Origin: Mytilus edulis
Lineage: Eukaryota
Direction of reading: 5' to 3'
Assembly: GCF_963676685.1 (NCBI RefSeq)
Contig: NC_092350.1
Span: forward strand, 10,602,001-10,666,000
DNA: 64,000 nucleotides
The notes under the pieces were generated by a model. It did not search any database and was not told the DNA's origin. It saw nothing but the letters and a program-made list of their open reading frames with translations. Each line of letters opens with the position of its first letter. Position 1 is the stretch's first letter. Positions 1 through 12,300 of the stretch are shown piece by piece. A program made the translations under genes and the position numbers.

Positions 1-101
1 GGTTTTAAGCTCAACATATTTTACATGTGTGAGAGGATTGCTTCCCTTAGTAAATGTGGTAGATACTAAGACAGCCATAAACTGCTGAGCTTAAGAAGTA
101 C

Positions 102-172
102 TTCTGTAGCTCAGTCAGTATACAGGATGCTTTGTAACACAGAGGTCCCTGGTTCAGGTCAAGGTGGAGACA
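102..172 (+). pseudogene. Degenerate tRNA-like sequence (tRNA pseudogene or SINE head)
   Basis: A-box-like TGTAGCTCAGTCAG and B-box-like GGTTCAGGTC at tRNA spacing; stems imperfect. Confidence 0.45.
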
Positions 173-292
173 AAGACGATTTGTAAGAAGAATAATGCTC
201 TCTGATTACACATGTACATTGGCTCCTCTAAAGAAATCAATAACAGTAACACCTATATATTAACCACAGCATTTGCAATTTAGCATACATAC

Positions 293-418
293 ATGTGCAT
301 CACCCTGTGTACAGGAAATCTTGTGCAGAGCCAGAATAGCCTCATTGACCTTTTTCTCCAGACTTATCGATGTCTGCACTGCATCCAAACCAGTTTTCCA
401 TTCATCTTTCTCTGGTTT
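293..418 (-). CDS. Ferritin, third coding exon (final exon outside window)
   Basis: ttttgtag acceptor; KPEKDEWKTGLDAVQTSISLEKKVNEAILALHKISCTQGDAH; gtatgt donor. Confidence 0.93.
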
Positions 419-523
419 CTACAAAATACAATCAAAAGTAAATCATATTAATTGCTACAGGGTTAACATTGCTCATTCATAAACAATAAATATCATGCAT
501 TCTCTCATAGACAAGAACATATA

Positions 524-757
524 GATTTGATTTGATTTTTGGTGTTTTAATACCACTTTTAAGCACCTATTTTGGGCTATTTTGTGGCGACAAGTTTTAT
601 TGGTGGAGGGAGCCAGAGAGCCCAGAGAAAACCACTGACAATCCTAGTCAATAAAGATTAGAGTTGAGAGCACTGACATGAGTTAGGTTCAAATTCACAA
701 CCTCAGTGTTGACTGGCTAGTGATTACAGTAGTAACTACTTAAACCACTCAGCCACC
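524..757 (-). mobile_element. tRNA-derived SINE with V/Meta-type central domain
   Basis: Minus strand GGTGGCTGAGTGG A-box head, core GGTTTTCTCTGGGCTCTCTGGCTCCCTCCACCAATAAAAC, (AAATC)n tail; degenerate related copy at about 15945-16130. Confidence 0.65.
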
Positions 758-848
758 GCAAACCATACAAACATTTTCTGTATTACCTACACATTTTGCT
801 GTACAAATTGCCTCCCAATTTCGTTAAATATATACAAGTTGATATATA

Positions 849-1402
849 TTTTTATGCCCCATTTCTGGGTATTATGTTTTCTGGTCTGTGGCTCTGTCTG
901 TTTGTTCGTTTGTCTGTCTGTCCCGCTTCAGTTTAAAGTTTGTGGTCGAGGTAGTTTTTGATGAAGTTCAAGTCCAATCAACTTGAACCTTAGTACACAT
1001 ATTCCCTATGACAAAAAAAATGTATGATATGATCTTTCTGATTTTAATTCCAAATTAAGAGATTTTCCCCCATTTTCACGGTCCACTGAACATAGAAAAT
1101 GATAGGGCCATAAAAAAGAATAGGTTTGTTTGCCCAAACCCTACCTACCCAGAAAAAAGCTGCCTACTCAAATTCTTTTATTGTCCTGATTTGAAGAAGT
1201 TTTTTTTTAATCAGATAGGATAGGCATGAATACTAATAAACATCCGATACTTCAATTTCTTTTTTGAAAAAAAAAAAAAAAGAAAATGCCTACCTAACTA
1301 CCCACTGTCTCAACCTTTGGGTAGGGTTTGGGCAAACCTAAATATTTTTAATTGTGGCCTAGTGCGGATGGGGCATCCGTGTACAGGGGACACATTCTTG
1401 TT
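849..1402 (+). mobile_element. Non-autonomous Helentron/HINE-like element with nested MITE
   Basis: T-tract start TTTATGCCCC, (TCTG/TTTG)n microsatellite, GGGGCAT subterminal inverted repeat, TTCTTGTT end; second copy at about 12520-12962. Confidence 0.55.
1106..1359. mobile_element. MITE with 3-bp TSD (TAG), PIF/Harbinger-like
   Basis: Ends GGCCA...TGGCC, internal inverted arms TTTGCCCAAACCCTACC/GGTAGGGTTTGGGCAAA, TAG on both sides; empty site ATGATAGTGCG seen at about 12934-12944. Confidence 0.7.
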
Positions 1403-1686
1403 AGTACATTTGTTACCTGACAATTCTGTCATACAATATTTCATTCCTATTCATGTAACTAGGTAAAAGTGAAAGTTTTGAGTATGGCTAAGCCGCTCAT
1501 TTCATTTACTTCCTATTTTATTCAATTCTCTTTTAATTTTGTGCTACCTTAACACAGCAATTATTCCTCCCCATTTCGTTAGGTACGGCTTACATATTCA
1601 GCAGAATAATAATACCCCATTGATTGATATGGTGTTACCCCCATTCTGCACTAACATTCTAATTCCCCCTTTAATTTTGGTCATAC

Positions 1687-1833
1687 CTGAACATCCTGCA
1701 GAACAATTCTTCCTCCTCGTTTATTTTGATAATCCATCAACTTTTCTGCCTCACATCTCTTCTGTTTGGACTGTTTAGCAAAAAAACTATGGAAACCTGG
1801 AAGTGCTACATCATCTCTGTCAAAGTAATATGC
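1687..1833 (-). CDS. Ferritin, second coding exon
   Basis: ttttcag acceptor; [49 protein letters not shown]; gtatga donor; phase 0/0. Confidence 0.95.
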
Positions 1834-2753
1834 CTGAAAATACTCATAATCATTAATGTATTGAAATATGTTTTGGAAAAAACAGAATTCTGAAAATGTC
1901 AACTGTATACATCATCATAGACAAATAAAATCAGACATAAAATATACAGTCTAGTCTGTTAATCACTTGGTTATGTTTGTTAATAAAAATGAAAACTGGA
2001 TTTTTGTTTTGTGTTTTTTAAAATATTGGGAACTCAAGAATTTAAACAAAACTGAATTTTGAAACATTTTTTTCCTTTTGGCAAGGACGTATATTATGTT
2101 AGTTAAATGTCCTTGCTTTTGGTTTATACAGGAACTTAAATATATATATATATATATACTATCGAAGCCTTGTCACTAATGGATCTGACTCGCAATCTCA
2201 TTTAAAGTCAGAATTATAGAGTTTCATGATTTTTTTTTAATATAAAATAGTATAATCATGTTAGAAATTTTCAAAACTGGATGCAGGAATATGCCAAAGC
2301 AAAATTTAATCAATGCATTCCAAGAAGTCACATTTATTTGGTCCACATGTGCTTGAAATTCATATATTTCCCAGGCAGTAAATTAATGTATTTTCAAATG
2401 TCAGTGCTGATATTATCAAAAGTAAAAGTCAATGATCATTACTAACAATTTACCTAGTGTAAACTGACATAAATAATTCTTCATAACATAAAATAAGTAT
2501 GACTCTGTACGTCAATGAGTATTTAATATATTTTTTACGCAACATCAAAAAAATTCTAGTGGCCATGGACAAGGTCGTTCCGTGATCCAGTTTTGATATA
2601 CTTTCTGCATTTTTTAAGAATGTTGGATATTTTTAACACGAAAAGTTCCTCAACGGACAGTTATTAATTCACTAATCCACTTTTTTCGTCCCCAACTGGG
2701 CCCAACTCCAACCTCATAAGTTATAACAATAGTCAATACAAAAAAAACTGTAC

Positions 2754-2858
2754 CATTGACTGATAAATATAGGACGCATGCAGTTCGACATTTATCTGCT
2801 TGTTAATTCCCGCCTCAGTTTCAGCATGAAAGTTTTGCCTAGGTTGTGTCTGAGACAT
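2754..2858 (-). CDS. Ferritin (soma/cytosolic type), first coding exon
   Basis: Reverse strand reads MSQTQPRQNFHAETEAGINKQINVELHASYIYQSM, then GT donor at 2753-2752. In-frame TAA 5 codons upstream of the ATG, so no signal or transit peptide. Confidence 0.93.
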
Positions 2859-2889
2859 TTTGGGGACTGTTTACAGCTACGTGATTTCC

Positions 2890-3112
2890 CTGAAAGACAA
2901 ATGGCCGGGAGGAAATTAGCAAGTTTCTTTTTGCGGGTCTTTGTAGGAAATTCCTCCCCTTTCTGGAGCACCTCAGATTAACACCAACAGCTAGAACAAA
3001 GAGTGAAGTAGAAAAAATTTTGTAATAGTAAATTTTCCCGTTTTATTAATATTGGAAATTTAGTTTGCGTTCAAGTCTTTCTTTGCGTTAAAACATCAAG
3101 ACAGTGCTTTAC
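2890..3112 (-). other. Putative 5'UTR intron of the ferritin gene
   Basis: Minus strand AAG|GTAAAG donor at 3112; GCTAAT branch-like motif, pyrimidine tract and TTGTCTTTCAG acceptor ending at 2890, 31 nt before the ATG. Confidence 0.55.
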
Positions 3113-3343
3113 CTTTAAAACCGATGTTCAGCGGTTAATTGTGGTTACTTTCGTTTTGTTTACTTATAATTGAGGTCAATCCGCATTTTGTACATTTCGT
3201 TTATTGAGGTTTCATGGTTGAGTGAATACACATTGTAAACCGATTGCAGGGATGTTGTAAACAATCTTAGAGTTCAGATATTGTTGTTTACACGGATTAA
3301 AAATGGATATATCATAAAACATGCGTGTCTATGTTTTTAAAAA
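3113..3343. promoter_or_regulatory. Putative bidirectional promoter / 5'UTR zone shared by ferritin and LRP4-like
   Basis: Divergent ATGs 485 bp apart; locally more CpG than flanks; three TTGTTTAC forkhead motifs at 3156, 3257 (reverse) and 3284. Confidence 0.55.
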
Positions 3344-3389
3344 ATGAAGGCATTCATTGCTTTCCCATTGATTTGGACTTTAATATTGG
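3344..3389 (+). CDS. LRP4: LRP4-like exon 1 (signal peptide)
   Basis: [16 protein letters not shown] hydrophobic leader; G|gtaagt phase-1 donor matches exon 2. Confidence 0.75.
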
Positions 3390-6300
3390 GTAAGTTATGC
3401 ATTTTAATACGAAGTTGTTCATGTTGTTACAAAAGTAAACCCAAAACCCTATTCTACGAACAAAGTTATCTGAACAGTTCACAATCATATGCATGAGCTT
3501 GTAGATTGTAATGATAAAAAATATAGTCAAGTTTCAAAATAGTAAATTATCATGTAGATTATACATATACATTGGACATGTACAGTGCATGAAATTTAAT
3601 ATGAATTTTTAGTCTAGAAATTAGTATTAGTAAAATCAAGGATTTGTATAGTACTATACAAATCCTTGGTAGAATACAGATATATATCTAAATCTAGTAA
3701 GATTTATAGAACTTTAGACTGTAGACTGCAGTACAGTAGTGAAAAGGCTGAAACTACTGTTAAAGAAGTTGTGGTATTGATTTCTCCAAACAATATTTAA
3801 AATCTATATATATAGGATGATGGGTAGAAACAATATTGTGTCAACAAATCAGGGAAAAAAATCATATATATATATTATATATTGTGGAAATATTAAATTT
3901 CTGTCAATTAATACCAAAATTTGCTATTACCATTTTCAACCCCTACCCTTGCAAAGTCAAACTGATGCAAACTCATACTAACATAACTTATATCATTAAC
4001 AAGTGTCCAATATCCCAACTGCCTTAAAATGTCCATATTTTTTTTCATATATAAATTGATATTTTATTTGAGTAAAGTACATGGTGTAATGTCTAGAATT
4101 AATTTATATGAAATGCATTGAAATTAAAAAAAACTTTGCAAGCTTTTTCTTTTGTAAATTGTATACTGGCTGGACATGCAATAAGAGAATTTAGACCAAA
4201 TTATTATACATGTACATGTATTATAGGTATTTTTAAAATGTTCTTTCTTCGCAGGAGCACACAGCTTCTTCTTCAAACACAAATCGATACAGAATGTACA
4301 GAATTGTTACATGCATGGTCCTAATTTTAAAAAGTAGTATAACTATTTTAGAAACAAAATTTGTTTTAATCTCTACTTATTTTCATTTAATTATTGTGTT
4401 CCTTCTTTTATTCATACTTTTTTTTTGTTATCGTAGGATGGTATTAATACAGGTGCAAGAACTAATTAAATAAACCAAAAACAATTTGAAATATTTTAGA
4501 AATTTTAATTTAATAAAAATACAAAAATAATTTTAAATAAGTGAAAGAATAAAGGTTCAATTACCATTTATTTCATGTGAGTCAAGGACTTCTTGTTTAA
4601 ATTAATGGTTCTTTCAGAACTCTCTTTACTTTACAAGTTATATTTTCGTAAGTCTACTAACATGTAATGTGTTTCATACATTACTTCCAGGTTAACAGTG
4701 AATTTTAAGTTCCACTACAGATTAGATAAAAAAAATGTATGTTCCAAATAATATAATGATTTTTGAAAGTAAAATGTTTGAGTTTTACACAATTTTATGT
4801 CAGGTTCTTCTGGTACCTTACATGTATGTTCATGAAAATCATTCGTCATATATTGTATAGTACCATACAGAGCTCTCAGAAAGAAGTTGTGGAAAGTTGA
4901 ATATCCTCACTGATTGACTCTGTCTCAACTTATAAGGGCAAAGGGAATCGTGGCCTTCAATTCAGATGCCTTATGTAGAAGTTTCCATCTGTCATAAAAA
5001 TTGTTCATTGTTTTTGACTTCATTATCACACTGTTAAATGATCATGAGTGCCTAAAAAATATACACTAGTTTTTATGTCGCATTAATTTCCAACTTATAA
5101 TGTGTAATAAAATGGGATCCAAGATTCACCTAGTATTGACCTCATTTCATGGATCAGTGATCAAGGTTAAAAGTGTGGTCAAGTCGGTCTCGAATACTAA
5201 GGTAGCACTCCACAGTTAGAAAATAAAATAAAAAATGAGCCACAAAATGTTTTATCATCTCCTATTCCTGGATTTCTAATACATTAACCTAACTGTTTGT
5301 GTTGTACATGTGCATATGTATGTAATCAGTATATTCCATAGATTTGATTTTCAAAAGTTAAAAGAGTGAAAATTAATTCCTTTTATGTGTATCCATGGCA
5401 ACATTCTGCATTTATTTACCATAAAATATTGCAAAAAGGGGGGTGGACATGTCACATATCCCCCCAAAATTTTGATCAAACTAGAATTTCAATGCCTTTG
5501 AGTGATACCTTTTTTGAAACTGTTTTCATAAATCTTCCTAATGATCAAATAAAAAATGGCTGTCTTTCGCCTCATTTTTTCGTAAAATCCAATCACAAAG
5601 TTCGTGCGATAAAAAGTTGGGAAAAAACATTGCAATAATTGCCGGACCAATGTATGGTAGGGACATGCAAATACGGACTGTCATACAGAAAACAGCCTAT
5701 ATTACATACATTACATAATCTTGATGTTCATATAAACCCAATACAAAGGCTATTTTAATACTCAGCTATCCAAAAATGAATTTTATTGCACACTAGCTCT
5801 CATATTTGAAAAATCCACAGGGGCCAAAATGCGAAACTACACACCTAACTGTGGAGTGCTACCTTAAGGTGAAATTTTTCCCCTCCTGCCTCAATTTTTA
5901 TTATATTTTCTGTGTTCTACTAGCTGTTACGATGAAAATGGTACCTTAGTTTTTAAAATTGGTTCAGTAATAAAGATTTTATGAAGGTTAGCAGTTGATG
6001 TTGAAACGCGACAAAAAGTGATTTAAAAATAAATGCAGGATCATAGTGAAAAACTTCAAGTCTGTCTCATTTTTGGGGTAAATTTCTAAAACTTTTCCCA
6101 TTATCTTATTTAAAATCATAAAATTACCTTCAAAGAGGACAAATTGTACAATTTTTAGGTATTTGAAAGCACTTATAGGTCAATTTTGCTGTAAATAGCA
6201 TACCTAACCTTGGTTTAGAAGCTCTCAAGCAGGGTATAAATTTCTAGCAGTACTGGCATCATTAAATTTAATTAATGCTAAATTATAATATAAAATCCTG

Positions 6301-9300
6301 CTAAAAATGTTTATTTGACTTATTCGCATTCAAAAATATAAAGCAATACATTCTGAGGATATCAATAAAGCGCAATCTTTGGTTACAATGGTGAAGCTAA
6401 ATTGAGTACAAATTTAAGACCGCAACATGTCTAAGTGTCAAAATGTGTATATTTGGTTGCTAAGGACAGTAAACAATAAAATAAACATAAATTGCATTCC
6501 TAGCAGATTTTTTACCTTCAGAACTAAACCAAGAACATAAAAGACTAAAGATTTTTGGTAAATTTTATCTTAAAAAGTGCATTTCTGTGCTTTCTGATGT
6601 GCCATAAGGTAGCACTCCACAGTTAGAAAATAAAATAAAAAATGAGCCACAAAATGTTTTATCATCTCCTATTCCTGGATTTCTAATACATTAACCTAAC
6701 TGTTTGTGTTGTACATGTGCATATGTATGTAATCAGTATATTCCATAGATTTGATTTTCAAAAGTTAAAAGAGTGAAAATTAATTCCTTTTATGTGTATC
6801 CATGGCAACATTCTGCATTTATTTACCATAAAATATTGCAAAAAGGGGGGTGGACATGTCACATATCCCCCCAAAATTTTGATCAAACTAGAATTTCAAT
6901 GCCTTTGAGTGATACCTTTTTAGAAACTGTTTTCATAAATCTTCCTAATGATCAAATAAAAAATGGCTATCTTTTGCCTCATTTTTTTGTAAAATCCAAT
7001 CACAAAGTTCGTGCGATAAAAAGTTGGGAAAAAACATTGCAATAATTGCCGGACCAATGTATGGTAGGGACATGCAAATACGGACTGTCATACTGAAAAC
7101 AGCCTATATTACATACATTACATAATCTTGATGTTCATATAAACCCAATACAAAGGCTATTTTAATACTCAGCTATCCAAAAATGAATTTTATTGCACAC
7201 TAGCTCTCATATTTGAAAAATCCACAGGGGCCAAAATGCGAAACTACACACCTAACTGTGGAGTGCTACCTAAAGCAACCTGGCAGACAGCTGTATTAGT
7301 GCATGGAATGACATATCAGTCAGACAGGTTTTATTTGACCTTGACCTCATTTTCATGGTTCATTGTTCAGTGATTTTGTCTGTTTTAACTCCATGTACTG
7401 TAACTTGTATAAGCAATATGTTTACTACATTATTAAGCATAAAAGGTTTGTTTGGTATACATTGAGCATCACTTTTTTGGAAAATCCATACTTACATGTA
7501 ATAATAATATCATTAATTTTTTTTATAAGTAAATCTACTTGACTTTTACTTGTACTTGTTCATGATGTTGTAAAACAACAAACTTTTCCTTGAAATCTTA
7601 AAAAATTTTAAGTGGTAGTTTCAAACCATATATATATATACTAGAACACACCCGTGATAATGCAGGTCCATGACTGAATTAAAGTATATAACTATGCGCA
7701 AGCCTTATTTTAGTATTAGTATTGTCATCTGATAAAGTCATACACAGTTTTCTTTTCTTTCAAATCTTTCTGTTTGAACCCGTCGAACTGGAACTTATCA
7801 ATTATTGGTAATATTATTTTTTTTTGGAAAACAAATGGTCCTGGAATGGGGTATTTTTTAATCAACAGCATTGTCCTATATTAGTTATAAATAAAGTTGA
7901 ATTCTTTAATTCGCTGTTTTACGTCATGCCCGCTAACAAATTGAAAAATGTACCTATACGCCTTATTTTTAGTCACAGATTTTTAGTATTCGTATTGTTA
8001 TCTTAGAATGTCTTACTGATTAAAATACTACAATAGGTAACAATTTGACAATTTAGTAGTGTCAATCCTGTGATTATGACCTGTGTATATAGCATATTAA
8101 TCCTAAATACACCGTTTGGTGGTGCGCCTGTCAGATGCGGAACATACAGATAAGGTAATAGGTAACAGGTGAATATGCTTTTGGTATGGTATCAGACTCG
8201 ATCCAGAACTTCTTAATTATTGGCAATATTAATTACGTGGAAAACAAAAGGGTCTGGAGTGGTGTAATTTTTAATCTACACCGTTGTACTATATTAGTTA
8301 TATATATAAAGTTGAATTCTTTGATTCGTCGTTTTTACGTGATGACGGCTGACAAATGGGACCTCGTAATTTTAGTATTATAGATATATTGTAATTTGTA
8401 ACTTCAACTACCTTTTTACAAACACAGTTTAAAACACTTGAAGCTCATAAATATCATGAAATTTAATGTAATTAAATTGAATAAAAGTTTTTATCTTTTT
8501 TTAGATAAGTTCAACAATAATGATAATTTAAATAACTACTGTTTGGGATATATGCCAGTAAGTTTTTACTTTAGAGTGTTGTGTTTTTTGTCAATCGATG
8601 GCAGATTGCAGTGGTTATGTAATAAATGCACCTCTTGTGTTTCTGCAGATGTCAAATTTCAACATCAAAAGGGAAACATTTTCTCCATCTGTCACTGAAA
8701 ATAAACACCAGTAATATAATAATCTGTACAAAAAAGAATGTTGCAGTTTAAAGATTAGGATGTTTGGACAAGTTAAACATGTTATGTTATTTCATGGCAT
8801 TCATGTATTCTTAGTGAGTTACAATATTATTTTTTGAGAAAAGGTTTCATTTTCACTTGTTTCTTTCCCCTTTCTTTGAAGGACCCCCTTTTCTATCTTG
8901 TCTGAGTTTTAATGAATGTTGTTTGATACATGTATCACATACAGTGTATGTAAGTATAATCAGTGGCGGATTTAGGGGGTGTATGCCCCTCCCCCTTTGA
9001 TTGGAAGATATGTATTTCTTTAGCAAAAATATCTTCTAAAAATATTACCTAACTTTCACTTAATTATGTTAATTTTATATTAGCCCCTGATAATAGTGAT
9101 ACATGTAGAGGTAATATAACATGTAATTTTAAGTTTCATTTCTAGTTATTTTGATGTTTTTTTTATGTTGATGCTGTGCATTTACTGATTTGTTTATTGT
9201 ACACCTTATTCTTTGACATTATCAGACAATTTCACTTTCATTATTACTTTTAAGTCTTTGTTGGCTCATAAACATATTTGACCTTGAGCAGTATTAAGAG

Positions 9301-12300
9301 AAAATCTCCACTGTTATTTTTGTCATCAGAACTGATATGATATCATTGTTAACTGTATGGAAGAACTGCTGCTCATAAAATCATGACTATTGCAGAGTAA
9401 TTAATGATCCAAGTCTTGCATCTTTACCTGATAAATGATAATATGTCTATGTAAATCTGTATATTAGTCTATAGTGTATTGGTACCATAATCAGTAAACA
9501 TAGCTGATTTCCTTGAGGAATTATATGTTGACTGGAATATGATTATTGAGATAACTGCTGTACATGCTTTAACTCATTCGCCCCCAAGACATTTTTGGAA
9601 AATCAGGCATTTTCGAAAATTTGCAAACATATGCAAATTATATGCAAATGAGCAAACTCCTGATGCTGTAACTGATGCTCATCTATTAAACTACTTATTG
9701 GGATTTGGGGGTGGATGGCATGGGTGGGGGATCGGGTGGAAGGTGGAATATTTTCTCGTGGGTTTGAACCCACCCCCAGTGAAAAATGGTAATTTTCCGT
9801 CTATTTTCCGATTTCAAAACGACCTTGAGAGGTGAACACTGACAAGACTGTGTTTTTTTGTCATTCAAGTATTACCCTATAGTTACAGTAGTCCATTCAT
9901 GCTAGGTGGGAGTATATTGGACTTCAGTGTCTTGCTTGGGAATTATTATTGTCAAGTCAGGTCTGCCTAAATGTCTGTTTTTATGGATTTTTGACAAAAC
10001 GGTGACTAGATTTTACAGATTAGATTCCTATTGGCCATATATATTATACCTCGTTGTGTTCCTATACCACCTATGCATGCATATATGATAATAGTTTTTA
10101 CCAACAGTCACTTCCAGTTACGTAGTGGCCATCAAAAGATGCCCACCCCCACCTGATTTTGGCTACTTTTCATGTTTTTCCGATTTTGAACTCTTAAACG
10201 GCTTTCAAAGTGCCAAATTTTCATGAACAGACATCTGAGAAGAGTTGATGGATCATGAACTGCTTGGTTGAAGTCCCTGCTATCATGACAGTTCAGTTGG
10301 GGCAGTTCAAAAAAAGTATGGAGGGTCATACGGGCCATCAAATAATGGTTGTCGCCATCACGCCTACAGACGGGATTGGGGGTTAAAGGGTTAAATATCT
10401 ATTTGTTACACCAGTAGTTGGTGCTTCTGTGTCAATCTTGGAATATTATATATTATTGAGATAACTGCTGTACATGCTTTAAATATCTGTTTGTTGCATT
10501 GTTGCTCTCCTGTCAATCTTACTCTCTGTAAACATATCTTTATTGTGTTCTGTGGATCTTGTCCAATATACAACATGTGCAATTCTACTTGTTTCTGATG
10601 TCAAAATATTTCTTGTCTACAACAAGTGATTTTTTTTAGGTCAAAATGTAATTATGTATAATTGAAAGATGGCAGGTTATATAACTAAACAAGTACTTAG
10701 GTGCATAGCATAGCAAATTGAGAACGAAATAACATCTTTATAATGTTTATTAGGTCCTTTTGGTTTTCATCTAATAGAGCTTGCAAGTAAAAATTGCTAG
10801 GACTAGTGAGAAGAAATACCTGCTTTGTGTACCTGTATACAGGGGCGGATCCAGACATTTTCAAAAGGGGGTTCCCAACCCAGGATAAAGGAGGGTTCCA
10901 ACCATATGTCCCCATTCAAATGCATTGATAATGTCAACAAAAAAAGGGGGGGTTCCAACCACCGTAACCCTCCCCCTGGATTCACCACCGTGTATACCTA
11001 CTTGCCTCCTTTCACTAGAATCTTTCAGAAGAGATTTCTTTAGGCATGTTTCACCTGAATTCAAACATTTTTAATAAATTTGAAATCATGAATATATATA
11101 TTTGTAATGGATATCGCCTGGGTCATTCACTGCCTAACAAGTTTGACCTTTATAATCTTTAAGATAACATGACATGGAGATATATTTGTACAGATGTTGT
11201 ATCAATAAAAGAAGGTGTGAAATAAATAAACAAACTGCCAAGTACTTGACACCTGGAGTACTGGTACAGACATGTTAAAGGAAACGTTGCCCTTACAACA
11301 GTACATCTAATTGTTTCTCCAGTATCATTGTTCCTCAAATATACATTTTAGCCACAAAACTATCTAAATAGACATTATTTTTGGTAACTTAAACACCTGT
11401 AGCATAACCAGATTTTGACATAACCAGATATAATTGTAATATTATTTGATAAATTCTACACAAATGAAATGTATTTGACACTAATTAAATTCTGGAAGAT
11501 ATTGACATGTTTGGCACAAGAGAGACATATTTTGTAGTGTTTTTTGAGAGGGAATAGCCCATGTGTGTTATGTTTCTCAAATGTCTTCTTGGTTGGTATA
11601 ATTGGTGTATGTGTGTACAAAGTTCTGTGAAAAATAGATAGAAGGATAGCATTATAAAAATATGTCAAAAGATTTTATGAATATTAATCAAAGTTTGACT
11701 CAATTTGTAAGTGTATGATATGAATCTGTTTGTATAAATGTGTTAAATTAGACCTTCTTTTAATGTGAACTGGCAATGATCAAATTTTCAATTTTTATCA
11801 AATTTATCACAAAACATCATGTAGACTTCTTGAACTGCTGTCCACCGTGGCAGTACTGTGCTTGAGATTAAAATATCTACAAAAAGTAACAAGATTCAAT
11901 TCATTGTCATTTGGTTATCAATGGGATGTTGTTTTACATTCAAAATGTATTACATCTCGTTAATATGTTATATATTTAGGGAGAAAGCAAAGGTTAAACT
12001 CTTTAATTCTCTAGAAGAAATTGCAGCTTATAAAAACACCCAGAGTTATATTAACCATACAACTTGGTGATTTAATTTTAATCTATTCCCACATCTTAAT
12101 GCTATTTAATTTTAAAATTAAAAGTGTTTTTAGTAGAAAAGAGATAGCAATGGAACCTTTACCTTTACAATAACCCTGCCACATGTGATTGACAGGTTTT
12201 TTATTTTCTCTCTTTACTGAAAGACAGATTGAAAACCAGTAGGTCTGGCTTATGAACCTGATAAAACCAAGATTGTATTATTATTATTAATGATCCTGTA

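Noticed and set aside
102-172. Functional tRNA gene
   Set aside because: D-loop GG and T-loop TTCGA are mutated and the stems pair poorly; kept only as a pseudogene or SINE-like remnant.
2859-2990. N-terminal extension making a mitochondrial or secreted ferritin
   Set aside because: In-frame TAA five codons upstream of the ATG.
3096-3113. CAGTGC as an iron-responsive element
   Set aside because: It is on the strand opposite to ferritin, lacks the bulged C at the right position, and the 5-bp upper stem does not pair.
5366-7045. Duplicated 90-aa ORFs at 5366-5638 and 6773-7045 as a gene pair
   Set aside because: GTG-started ORFs inside two copies of a MITE; no recognisable domain or splice structure.
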